From Dehalococcoidia bacterium (lineage in GTDB: Bacteria > Chloroflexota > Dehalococcoidia > UBA2979): a stretch of 64,000 nucleotides of DNA. The notes under the pieces are model-generated. The model was not told the origin of the DNA and searched no databases. It saw nothing but the letters and a program-made list of their open reading frames with translations. The stretch is from NCBI GenBank assembly GCA_965249675.1, contig OZ252250.1, forward strand, positions 644,731 to 708,730, written 5' to 3'. Shown here piece after piece: positions 49,825 through 58,888 of the stretch (its first letter is position 1; the number at the start of each line of letters is the position of its first letter). The position numbers and the translations under genes are program-made.

Positions 49825-51204
49825 CTAGCGGGCAAGCGCCCCCATCGGGTCCCACGGCGGCAGCACGATCGGCTCGAGTCCGAGCGCATCCTGGAGGTCC
49901 TCCGGGAGATCCTGACGCCGCACCGCCACCTCGAACATGTACTGATCGAACCAGGAGTCGTTCATCACGTAGAAGCCCTTGCGGCCGTTCTTTTCGCCCC
50001 AGCTGTTCTCCACACGCCAGCGCCGCGCGGAACCGTCCACCACATCAACGCCGGTGAAGAGCATGGCGTGAGTCATGAAGGTCTGGTGGTAGCGCAGGCG
50101 TTCGGCCTTGTCGAGATCGAACTCGGTCCCATACAGCGCGCCGTACTCAAACATCTGAGCGTCCCAGATCCCCTCATCACGCTGCATCATCTTGCCGACG
50201 TCGCAGCCCATCCAGACCGGCTCGCCGCGCTCGACGATGGAGCGCCTGGTGAGCTCCTTCATCATGTCGACCTCGACGTTGAGATAGTGGACCGGCGCGC
50301 CGCCGACCACGTTGCTCAGGTACTCCACCGTGTAGGTACGCCCGTAGGGGCTGCCCGGCCTGGGGTCATTGACGAGCGTCACGTAGTCGTCGACCGGCCG
50401 GTCGACGTAGCGCCGGGCGAACTCGAGCGGCGTCAGTTCGCCGTCACGATGGAAGTGGTTGTCAGCGTCCTGCCACTGCCAGTTGAATCGCTCAGGTGGC
50501 GTTCCGAGGTGGATGGCGAGGATGCGGTAGATGGTCCCCACCACCCGGTCCTTGGTCTCCCTGAGCGAGGCCACAGACCCCCCGGCCTCGTACCCGAGGC
50601 GGAGGTCCCGCGCCCCCTCCCTTAGCTTCTCAACGAGGTCCCGGTTCATCGGCCTCGTGCTCTCGGAGCTCTTCGTCTCCGGCATCACCGCCTTCGGCAC
50701 GAGACCATACTTCTGAACCAGGCTCGCGAACATGTTCCACTGGCCGCCGTCGTCCAGCGGGTGGCTGAGGAGCCAGGCGACGGTGCGGTCATCGATCGGA
50801 CGACCGGCGGTCTCGATGATCGCCTCGAGGAAGTAGTTGGCACGCTCGAACTTGTCCCAGAAGAAGAGGTAGTTCTGGCTGAACTCGAACCCCTTGAGGC
50901 CCATCTGCTCCATCGCGCCGACACGGAAGAGATTCATCCCGGCGAAGAGCCAGCAGCGCCCGGACTGCTTCTGATCGGTCACGGCCCAACGGTCGAGCAG
51001 GTGAGAGAAGGTGTGATCGGTCTCGGTCACGACCTGTCGGTTGACCGCGAGCTGATCGATCTGTGTGCGCGTCACGGCGTTCTGGGCGAGGCGGAGCCCG
51101 GGATCGGCCTCGAACGCCGAACGGAGGATCTGCACGCGCTCCCGGTCGAGGGCGCCGCCGTGCTGGTCCGCGCTCTCCGTCTTGGCCACAGTCTCAGTCG
51201 TCAC
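49825..51204 (-). CDS. pepC: Aminopeptidase C / bleomycin-hydrolase-like C1B cysteine peptidase
   Basis: QKQSGRCWLFAG catalytic Cys motif, plus C-terminal His and Asn region. GTG 51204 after GAGGAGG. Its TAG stop is the right copy of the IS5 CTAG duplication. Confidence 0.85.
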   Translation of the reverse strand: MTTETVAKTESADQHGGALDRERVQILRSAFEADPGLRLAQNAVTRTQIDQLAVNRQVVTETDHTFSHLLDRWAVTDQKQSGRCWLFAGMNLFRVGAMEQMGLKGFEFSQNYLFFWDKFERANYFLEAIIETAGRPIDDRTVAWLLSHPLDDGGQWNMFASLVQKYGLVPKAVMPETKSSESTRPMNRDLVEKLREGARDLRLGYEAGGSVASLRETKDRVVGTIYRILAIHLGTPPERFNWQWQDADNHFHRDGELTPLEFARRYVDRPVDDYVTLVNDPRPGSPYGRTYTVEYLSNVVGGAPVHYLNVEVDMMKELTRRSIVERGEPVWMGCDVGKMMQRDEGIWDAQMFEYGALYGTEFDLDKAERLRYHQTFMTHAMLFTGVDVVDGSARRWRVENSWGEKNGRKGFYVMNDSWFDQYMFEVAVRRQDLPEDLQDALGLEPIVLPPWDPMGALAR

Positions 51205-51289
51205 CAGGTACCTCCTCGCACCAACAACGCCAACGGCAGATCCGCCGGCCGACCGGCGAGCCGGCCCGGGGAACCCTCGGGCCACGGGG

Positions 51290-52546
51290 CTAGAAGAGCA
51301 CCCGTTCAGCCATCAGCCCACCGATCTCATCTCCCGACAGACCCAGGATCTCAGTTGCCACCTCGACGGTGTGTTCACCCAGCAGCGGGGCCGCTCTCTG
51401 CGGCTCACACGGGGTCAGCGACATCTTGAAACCGGCACCGTCATAGGCTCGGTGACCGGCTTCTGAGTGGTCGAGATAGCGGAAATACTCCCGCGCACGG
51501 AGCTGCTCATCGCCGAGCATTTCGGTGGCGTTGAGCACCAGCCCGGCCGGCACGCGGGCCGCCTGGAGTGCCGCCAGCGCCTCGTCACCGTCTTGGCCGG
51601 CCGCCCACGCCGCCACCAGCTCGTCGAGCGCGCCCTCGTTCGCCTTGCGACTCTCAAGCCCGGTAAACCTGGAGTCTCGGTTCCACTCCGGGCGTCCCAT
51701 CACCTCGCTCGCCCGCTGCCACTGCTCTTCGTCGAGGCAGGCGATTGCCAGCCAGCGGTCGCTCCGATCTGAGCGATCGCGCACGCGGTAGGCGGAGTGT
51801 GGCGACGCGTAGGCGACGTGGTTACCCGCGCGCTGGTAGTCAGGCCCGCCGTTCGCCGCGGCAAAGAGGGGGCCGGCGGTCGCCGCCACCGAGGACTCGA
51901 GCTGCGACATGTCGATCATCTGTCCCTCGCCGGTGCGCCGGCGATGGAAGAGCGCGGCCAGGAGCGCGGTCGCGGCATGCATCGGGTTGACGACGTAGTC
52001 GGGGTAGTTGGTCCCGACACCGGCCGGTGGGTGACCCTCGGAGCCGGAGAGGTAGTTGACACCACAGATGGTCGACAGCACCGCGCCGAAGCCGCCGAAC
52101 TCTGAGTGGGGACCGCTCATCCCCTGCATCGGCTGGTAGAGCGCGATGATCTCGGGGTTCACTCCCGAGACCGTCTCCCACGTCATCCCGATCTGGCGGA
52201 CGGCCCGCGGCGTCATGTTGGTCATCATGATGTCGGCCCAGCGGACCAGTTCGAGGCCCAGCTCGTGCCCTCGCTCGGTGGTCAGATCGATCGTGATGCT
52301 CTTCTTGTCGCTGTTGAAGTTGTTGTAGTAGCCAGAGAGGTTGTAACCCTGTGCGCCCTCGGGGCGGGGCGGCGCAACGCGCAGGCCGTCGGGCCGCTTC
52401 TCGGTCTCGACCCGCACCACCTCGGCACCCATCCCCGCCAGGGTCCTCGTGCAGATCGGCCCGGCGCCGAACCAGGTCAGATCGAGCACTCGCACTCCAT
52501 CGAGCACGCCGGCGCTCTCAACCGCCATCGCCGCTTTGGTCGTCAT
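51290..52546 (-). CDS. CoA-transferase family III
   Basis: LDGVRVLDLTWFGAGPICTRTLAGMGAEVVRVE motif. 418 aa. Confidence 0.85.
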   Translation of the reverse strand: MTTKAAMAVESAGVLDGVRVLDLTWFGAGPICTRTLAGMGAEVVRVETEKRPDGLRVAPPRPEGAQGYNLSGYYNNFNSDKKSITIDLTTERGHELGLELVRWADIMMTNMTPRAVRQIGMTWETVSGVNPEIIALYQPMQGMSGPHSEFGGFGAVLSTICGVNYLSGSEGHPPAGVGTNYPDYVVNPMHAATALLAALFHRRRTGEGQMIDMSQLESSVAATAGPLFAAANGGPDYQRAGNHVAYASPHSAYRVRDRSDRSDRWLAIACLDEEQWQRASEVMGRPEWNRDSRFTGLESRKANEGALDELVAAWAAGQDGDEALAALQAARVPAGLVLNATEMLGDEQLRAREYFRYLDHSEAGHRAYDGAGFKMSLTPCEPQRAAPLLGEHTVEVATEILGLSGDEIGGLMAERVLF

Positions 52547-53808
52547 GCCTGGGTCTCCCTTCTGGCCGCCCCCCCACCGCCGGCCAGTTCAGCGAAGATC
52601 TCTTCGTTGTGCTGCCCGAGAAGCGGCGCCGGACGGCGTAGCACGACGGGCGTCTTCTGCAGTTTCCACTGGGGCCCGGGGTAGCGGAACGTAACGCCGC
52701 GGCCCGGATCCTCCAGGGTCTGGAACCAGTCGCGCGCGGCCAGCTGTTCGCTCTCGAGAATGTCTTCGGGCCGGTTGACGATGCCGACAAGAATGCGGCG
52801 CTCCTGTCCGCCCTCGTAGAGGTAGCGCTTGGGGTGCTTACGGCAGAACGCGCGCACCACCTCATCGAGGTGGGCGAGGATCTCGAACATCGGCTCGGCC
52901 AGCTCGGGATCGGCGGCCATCGCCATGATGAAGCTTGTGTTCATCCGCTCATGGATGAAGCTCAGGTATGGCTCCTGGTCAAGGTCTGCCTGATCGCCAC
53001 TCTCCTGCATGAAGCCGAGGAGTCCGACGAAGCCGGTGCCGGCCAGCCCCGAGGCGACCAGGAAGACGTGACCATCGGCCGCCTCGTGCAGCCCCAGACC
53101 GGGCAGGTTGAGACCACGCATCGGCACGCCGCGTTCGCGATTCGTGCCGAGGATGTCGGCCTGCATCATGGCCGTCTCCTGTGCGATCGAGAGCGCCTCC
53201 TGCATCGACACCTCAACGCGCTGCCCCAGGCCTGTGGCCTGGCGGTGGAGCAATGCTCCCATCGTCCCCGCCGCCGCGTCGATCGATGCGCAGTGGTAGC
53301 CCTGCGTGTCCGGCAGCTGCTCAGGCGGACCGTCGGACCGTCCGGCCAGCTGCATCACGCCCGACATCGCGCAGCCGACGATGTCGGCGTAGGCCCAGTT
53401 GGCGCGCGGGCCGCTCAACCCCCAGCCGGTCACTGAGGTGTGAATGAGGGATGGATTGGCCTCGCCGAGATCGCTGGTCGTGAGCCCGAGCCGCTCGGCC
53501 TCCGCGGGGCTGAGCGAGTCGAGCACGACGTCGGCCGTCGCCGCCAGGGCGAGGTATCGCTCGCGGTCGGCGGCCTGCCCCAGGTCGAGCGTCATGCCTC
53601 GCTTGTTGGCGTTGAGCAGCAGGAACTGCAGCGCCGACTCCGGGAGGGCAACGCCGGGCAGGAACGGGCCCCAACCTCTCGCCGGATCTCCCTCGGGCGG
53701 CTCGACCTTGATCACATCGGCGCCGAGATCGGCCAGCAGCCGACCGGCGTAGTGGCCGATCGGCGCGCTCGCATCGATGATCCGAACGCCCTCCAGTGCC
53801 ATAGGCAT
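52543..53808 (-). CDS. CoA-transferase family III (tandem paralogue, 4-nt overlap ATGA with the downstream gene)
   Basis: LEGVRIIDASAPIGHYAGRLLADLGADVIKVE motif. 421 aa. Confidence 0.85.
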   Translation of the reverse strand: MPMALEGVRIIDASAPIGHYAGRLLADLGADVIKVEPPEGDPARGWGPFLPGVALPESALQFLLLNANKRGMTLDLGQAADRERYLALAATADVVLDSLSPAEAERLGLTTSDLGEANPSLIHTSVTGWGLSGPRANWAYADIVGCAMSGVMQLAGRSDGPPEQLPDTQGYHCASIDAAAGTMGALLHRQATGLGQRVEVSMQEALSIAQETAMMQADILGTNRERGVPMRGLNLPGLGLHEAADGHVFLVASGLAGTGFVGLLGFMQESGDQADLDQEPYLSFIHERMNTSFIMAMAADPELAEPMFEILAHLDEVVRAFCRKHPKRYLYEGGQERRILVGIVNRPEDILESEQLAARDWFQTLEDPGRGVTFRYPGPQWKLQKTPVVLRRPAPLLGQHNEEIFAELAGGGGAARRETQA

Positions 53809-54002
53809 GGGCTGCCTCCTCCGCCCGAATTATGCGCGCACCGTCACCCGGCTGGCGAACGGCACCCCCAGGGGGCCGATCCGGGCCCGCGCCCCGGCTC
53901 ACTCAGGCTGCCTGCGAATCGACTACGATTCGAGTGAAACACAGCCGGCCGAGGCATCTCGCCCGTGCCCGGGACAACCTGCCACAGCGAAGAGAGGTGA
54001 TC

Positions 54003-55061
54003 ATGAAACTGGGACTGTCGATCGGCTACTCCGGGGCCGAGATGGCGCTACCTGTCGAGCTCGTCAAGCAGGCCGAGCGGCTCGGCTATGACTCGATCTG
54101 GACGGCCGAAGCCTACGGGTCCGACGCGATCTCACCGCTCGCCTTCCTGGCCGCCCAGACCGAACGGATCAGGCTCGGCACCGGGATCATCCAGCTCGCC
54201 GCTCGAACGCCGGCGGCCGCCGCGATGGCGGCCCAGACCGTCGACGCCATGGCCGGCCGGGGCCGTTTCATCCTCGGGCTCGGCGTCTCCGGCCCGCAGA
54301 TCGTCGAGGGGTGGTACGGACAGCCCTGGGGAAAGCCCTACTGGCGGATCCGCGACTACGTCTCGATCATGAAGAAGATCTTCGCGCGGGAGGCCCCGGT
54401 CAGCCATGACGGTCCGGAGATCTCCCTTCCCTTCACAGGCGAGGGTGCGCTCGGCATCGGCAAGCCCCTGACGTCGATCCTGCATACCAACCCCGACCTG
54501 CCGATCTGGCTGGGCAGTGGCGGCCGCGCGAACGTGCGCATGGCCGGCGAGCTCTGCGACGGCCTGCTGCCGCTGGGATTCGTCCCCAGCCGCGCAACGC
54601 AGTACTGCCAGTGGATCGAGGAGGGGTTCGCGCGGGCCGGGAACGGCAAGGGCTGGGACAGCTTCGAGATGCAGGCCAGCGTCTCAGTCAACATCACCGA
54701 CGACGTCCGTGGGGCGCTGCGCGCCCTCAAGCCGGGCGTCGCGCTCTACGTCGGCGGCATGGGCCATCGCACCATGAACTTCCACAAGGAGCAGATGATC
54801 CAGCGTGGCTACGGCGAGGCGGCCGAGCGGATCCAAGAGCTCTACCTCGCCGGACGCAAGGCCGAGGCGCTTGAAGAGGTGCCCGACGACTTCCTCGACG
54901 AGGGCGCCCTGATCGGACCGCCGGACAGGATTCGCGAACGCTACCGTGCCTGGGCCGACTGCGGCCTCACCGGCATCACGGTCGACACGCGCCAGCCCGA
55001 GGCGCTTGAGTTCCTCGCCGACGTCGCCGAGATCCGGCCGCCCGTGGGGGCCCGTGCTTGA
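54003..55061 (+). CDS. LLM-class F420-dependent oxidoreductase
   Basis: MKLGLSIGYSG...RFILGLGVSGPQ...IWLGSGG motifs. ATG 54003 after GAGAGG. The track's 5' extension is rejected. Confidence 0.8.
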   Translation: MKLGLSIGYSGAEMALPVELVKQAERLGYDSIWTAEAYGSDAISPLAFLAAQTERIRLGTGIIQLAARTPAAAAMAAQTVDAMAGRGRFILGLGVSGPQIVEGWYGQPWGKPYWRIRDYVSIMKKIFAREAPVSHDGPEISLPFTGEGALGIGKPLTSILHTNPDLPIWLGSGGRANVRMAGELCDGLLPLGFVPSRATQYCQWIEEGFARAGNGKGWDSFEMQASVSVNITDDVRGALRALKPGVALYVGGMGHRTMNFHKEQMIQRGYGEAAERIQELYLAGRKAEALEEVPDDFLDEGALIGPPDRIRERYRAWADCGLTGITVDTRQPEALEFLADVAEIRPPVGARA

Positions 55062-55651
55062 GCCCGCGGGCGATCTACACGCGTACCGGTGATCGGGGCG
55101 AGACCGGCCTCTTCGGCGGGCCGCGCCTGCCCAAGGACGACATCCGGATTGAGGCCTACGGCACCGTCGATGAGCTCAACTCCCTGCTCGGCGTGGCCGC
55201 CGCGGGCATCGCCGACCGTGATCTTGGGGACTACCTGCGGGTGATCCAGTCGAAGCTCTTCGACCTCGGTGGTGAACTCGCCACGCCGGGCATCGAGCAG
55301 CGAATCGAGCGCGGGCAACCGGTCGGGCCGCGCGTCGAGGCCGAGGACGCAGCGGAACTCGAGCGCTGGATCGACCGGCTCGATGGCGAACTTGAGCCGC
55401 TGACGCGCTTCATCCTGCCCGGTGGCGACCCGGTTGCGGCGCAGCTGCACCACGCCCGCACGGTCTGCCGGCGTGCCGAGCGGCGGGTCGTCTCGCTGGC
55501 CGCTGCCGAGGAGGTTGCCGCGCCGCTCATTCGCTACCTGAACCGGCTCTCCGACCTGCTCTTCACGCTCGCCCGCTGCATCAACGCCCGGGCCGGCCAG
55601 GTCGAGCCCGAATGGCAGGGCCTCGCGCGGGCGGACGAGCCGCCCCGCTAG
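55058..55651 (+). CDS. ATP:cob(I)alamin adenosyltransferase, PduO-type
   Basis: IYTRTGDRGETGLFGG N-terminal motif and helical-bundle core. TTG start overlaps the preceding gene's stop. Confidence 0.85.
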   Translation: MSPRAIYTRTGDRGETGLFGGPRLPKDDIRIEAYGTVDELNSLLGVAAAGIADRDLGDYLRVIQSKLFDLGGELATPGIEQRIERGQPVGPRVEAEDAAELERWIDRLDGELEPLTRFILPGGDPVAAQLHHARTVCRRAERRVVSLAAAEEVAAPLIRYLNRLSDLLFTLARCINARAGQVEPEWQGLARADEPPR

Positions 55652-55718
55652 GCCCCGGAAGCTGACGACACCCGCGGGGGCCGGACGGGGCTCAAGGGTC
55701 GGCCGGAGGGGGCGTGCG

Positions 55719-56993
55719 GTGTCGGGCGAGCGCGGTAGAGACAGCGTAGCTCCGCCTGCGGGCGGGATCCCCCACGTGGCGATCGCCGCTCTCGGCCTCG
55801 TCACGATCTCGGTCTACGGCTCGACCTTCTATGCCTTCGGTGTCCTGCTCGAGCCGATCCTCGACGAGACCGGCTGGTCGGAGCCGCTCGTCACCGGCGC
55901 GTTCTCAGCGGCCTCACTGTCGGGGGCCCTGGCGGCCGGGTTCGTCGGCCGCCTCGTCGACGCACAGGGCGCTCGCCGGGTGATGCTCGTGGGCGGCATC
56001 GTCGGCTGCCTCGCCCTGGTCGCGGCCGCCCGGGCCCCCAACGTGCTCCTCTTTGCCGCCACCTACGCCGCCGGCGGTGGGCTGCTCTCGGGGGTCGGCT
56101 TCTACCACGTCACCCAGGCATCGGCGGCTCGCGTCGCACCCCACGATCCCAGACGCGCGATCATGCTGCTGACCCTCTACGGGGCGTTTGCCGGACCGAT
56201 CTACCTGCCCGTCACCGGCTTCCTGGTCGAGGCCACCGAGTGGCGGACGACCCTCCTGGCGCTGGCGATCAGCGCAGCGGTCGGGTTGCTCCTCGCGGCT
56301 GCTGCACTTGACGGACAGCCGAGCACCAGCGGCCGGCGCGGTCCGACACCGTCGGTGTGGAGTTTGCTCGCCGATCGGCGCGCTCGTGCGCTCATGATCT
56401 CGGCCCTAGTCGGCAGCCTCGGCCTGAGCACGCTGATGGTCTACCAGGTGCCACTGATGGTGGCGGCGGGCCTGCCGCTCGCAACCGCCGCCTCGATCGC
56501 CGGACTGCGAGGCTTCGCACAGTTCGGCGGACGGGTCGTGGTGATGGGGATGATCCGCCGCGTCTCACCGAGACGAATGCTGGCAGCCACCTACCTGGTG
56601 GGGGCGCTCGCGGCGGTGCTGCTCTCGGTGAGCGGCACGGTGCCACTGGCGCTCCTCTACATCGTCGTCGCCGGCGTTGGCATCGGCGTCTGGTCACCGA
56701 TGGAGGCGATCTACGCCTCTGAGGTCTTTCCGGCGGAACGGGTCGCAACCTTCCTCGGAACACAGCGCATGATCGTCGGGATCGGAGGGGCAATCGGGCC
56801 GGTCACTGCCGCAGTGATCGCCGAGACCAGCGGCAGTCGTGGACCGACGATCGTGCTCATGGCGGTCGCTGCGGTAGCCGCCGCCGCGATCCTGGCCGCC
56901 GGGGAGCGGGGCCAGCAGATCAGCGAGCGTGCGAGCGCCGAGGAGGCTCCGCCCGCATCGGCTCCGGGGCTGGAACGATCAGCGCGGGAGTGA
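55719..56993 (+). CDS. MFS transporter
   Basis: 12-TM hydropathy profile and G-rich MFS loop motifs. Confidence 0.75.
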   Translation: MSGERGRDSVAPPAGGIPHVAIAALGLVTISVYGSTFYAFGVLLEPILDETGWSEPLVTGAFSAASLSGALAAGFVGRLVDAQGARRVMLVGGIVGCLALVAAARAPNVLLFAATYAAGGGLLSGVGFYHVTQASAARVAPHDPRRAIMLLTLYGAFAGPIYLPVTGFLVEATEWRTTLLALAISAAVGLLLAAAALDGQPSTSGRRGPTPSVWSLLADRRARALMISALVGSLGLSTLMVYQVPLMVAAGLPLATAASIAGLRGFAQFGGRVVVMGMIRRVSPRRMLAATYLVGALAAVLLSVSGTVPLALLYIVVAGVGIGVWSPMEAIYASEVFPAERVATFLGTQRMIVGIGGAIGPVTAAVIAETSGSRGPTIVLMAVAAVAAAAILAAGERGQQISERASAEEAPPASAPGLERSARE

Positions 56994-57024
56994 AGGCAAG
57001 GTACGGCCGGCGGAGGGGGCAGCG

Positions 57025-58311
57025 TCAGGCGAGCCGGGAGAGCACCTCGCCTCCTGCAGCGGCGACCAGCACGACCGACCAGGCCGGTGCCCGCCAGGCA
57101 AAGAGTAGTCCGAAGCAGCCCAGGGCCAGACCGAAGTCGGCCGGTCCTCCGATGGCGTTACTCCACACCGGGTCATAGAGTGCCGCCAGCAACAGCCCGA
57201 CGACAGACGCACCGATGCCCCTGAGGGCGGCCTGCACGGCCGCTCGCCGCCGCAGCCGCTCCCAGAAGGGCAGCGCTGCGGCCAGCAGCAGGAAGGACGG
57301 CAGGTAGATTGCGCCGAGGGCGAGTACCGCCCCCGCCCAGCCTCCGGGCGCGGGCCATGCGATCCAGCCGAGGTAGGCCGAGAAGGCGAAGAGCGGGCCC
57401 GGTACCGCCTGGGCTGCGCCGTAGCCGGCCAGGAACTGATCGGTGCTCACCCAGCCCGTCCCCACGACCTCCGATTCGATCAGGGGCAGGACCACGTGAC
57501 CGCCGCCGAAAACGAGCGAACCGGTCCGGTAGAAGCTGTCGACGAGGGCGAGCGGTTGCCAGTCAGTGAGCTGGCGGGCGGCAGGCAGTGCAACCAGGAG
57601 CGCGACGAAGAGGGTCAGCGCCGCCACGGCGAGCGGCGTCCCAAACCGCCAGCCCGCCCGCTGACCCGCATCACCCCGTCCCGAGTCCGGTACCGACACG
57701 TTCGCCAGCAGCCGCCACCCGATCAGGCCGCCGGCTGCGATCACCAGCAGCTGCGAGAGTGCGCTCCGCTCGACCAGCACGACCACCGCGGCCGCGATCG
57801 CCAGCGTGATTCGGGCGCGATCGGGGGAGAGGGTCCTCGCCATCCCCCAGAGTGCGTTCGCCACGACCGCCACGGCGGCGACCTCGAGTCCGGCGAGCCA
57901 TCCAGCACCGCCGAGATCGAGCGCCCCGACACCGGCCGCGAAGAGCGCGAGGGCGAGCGCTGACGGCAATGTGAAGCCCAACCACGCCAGAAACCCGCCG
58001 AGGAGGCCGGCCCGCAGCCAACCGATCGCGATGCCGAGCTGGCTGCTGGCGGGTCCGGGCAGGAACTGGCAGAGGGCGACGAGATCGCCGAATTCGGCGT
58101 CATCCAGCCAGCGTCGCCGCTCCACGTACTCGCTGCGGAAGTAGCCGAGATGCGCTACCGGTCCGCCGAACGACGTGAGGCCGAGTCGCAGGGCGACCAG
58201 CAGGACCTCGAATGGGCGGCGCCAGCTCACCAGAAGTACATCATTCCCGGGGTCACCCCCATCATCACCCGTCGTCCCGCACCACTCGCCCCGGACGCTC
58301 GCCTGGAGCAT
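57025..58311 (-). CDS. chrA: Chromate efflux transporter (two CHR domains)
   Basis: Duplicated CHR motif (GLTSFGGPVAHLGYF... and GSLVFGGGHVVLPLIE...). ~428 aa from ATG 58311; GTG ~58230 is an alternative. The ORF track's longer extension to 59343 is rejected. Confidence 0.8.
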   Translation of the reverse strand: MLQASVRGEWCGTTGDDGGDPGNDVLLVSWRRPFEVLLVALRLGLTSFGGPVAHLGYFRSEYVERRRWLDDAEFGDLVALCQFLPGPASSQLGIAIGWLRAGLLGGFLAWLGFTLPSALALALFAAGVGALDLGGAGWLAGLEVAAVAVVANALWGMARTLSPDRARITLAIAAAVVVLVERSALSQLLVIAAGGLIGWRLLANVSVPDSGRGDAGQRAGWRFGTPLAVAALTLFVALLVALPAARQLTDWQPLALVDSFYRTGSLVFGGGHVVLPLIESEVVGTGWVSTDQFLAGYGAAQAVPGPLFAFSAYLGWIAWPAPGGWAGAVLALGAIYLPSFLLLAAALPFWERLRRRAAVQAALRGIGASVVGLLLAALYDPVWSNAIGGPADFGLALGCFGLLFAWRAPAWSVVLVAAAGGEVLSRLA

Positions 58312-58450
58312 AGGCGGCCGGTGCACCAGCGTGGGAGCCGAGAGCCGCCGGGCGATCGCCAGCGGTCGGGGCCGGCCAACCCCGTTCGTGCTAGACGTCC
58401 TCGGCTTCCGAGGCACCGTCCGTCGGGGGCCTCGGAAGCGGCGCGGGCCG

Positions 58451-58800
58451 TCACTTCGGTTCCTCCCCCGCTCGCTCGCCGATCGCCAGAATGCCACCGG
58501 GGAGCTCCGCCTGCTGTGCGACCCGTGCCAGCCCCAGTCCGCTCCCGCTGCCCGCGGCACAGACCCTCGCTCAAAGGGGTCGAGCACCCGCAGTCCCTCT
58601 GACCAGGCCCGGGTCAGGGGCGGCTCCGACCGCACATCCAGGTCGATCTGAGCTTCGGAGAAACGCACCTGCAGCCGCGCCACCTCCGCGTCGATCAGCT
58701 CGGCGAGGTCCGTTCCCTCGAAGAGATCCGCGACCGCTGCGACCGATCCTCCGAAGGGCGCCAGCGCTTGACCGGCGGCATGAGAGACCGCTGAGAGATC
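58451..58800 (-). pseudogene. Degenerate histidine-kinase C-terminal remnant (needs a frameshift; N-box/G1 missing)
   Basis: TDLAELIDAEVARLQVRFSEAQIDLDVRSEPPLTRAWSEGLRVL in one frame, then G2-box-like AAGSGSGLGLARVAQQAELPGGILAI...* in another frame ending at TGA 58451. Too short for a full kinase; wedged between chrA and purK. Confidence 0.3.
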
Positions 58801-58888
58801 GGCTGTCCGCCCAGCACTCGCCGATTCGCGAGCCCTCGGGGGCGGTGGGCCCTGTTCAGGAACGGCCCGGGGGGCGAAACTGGCCCGA

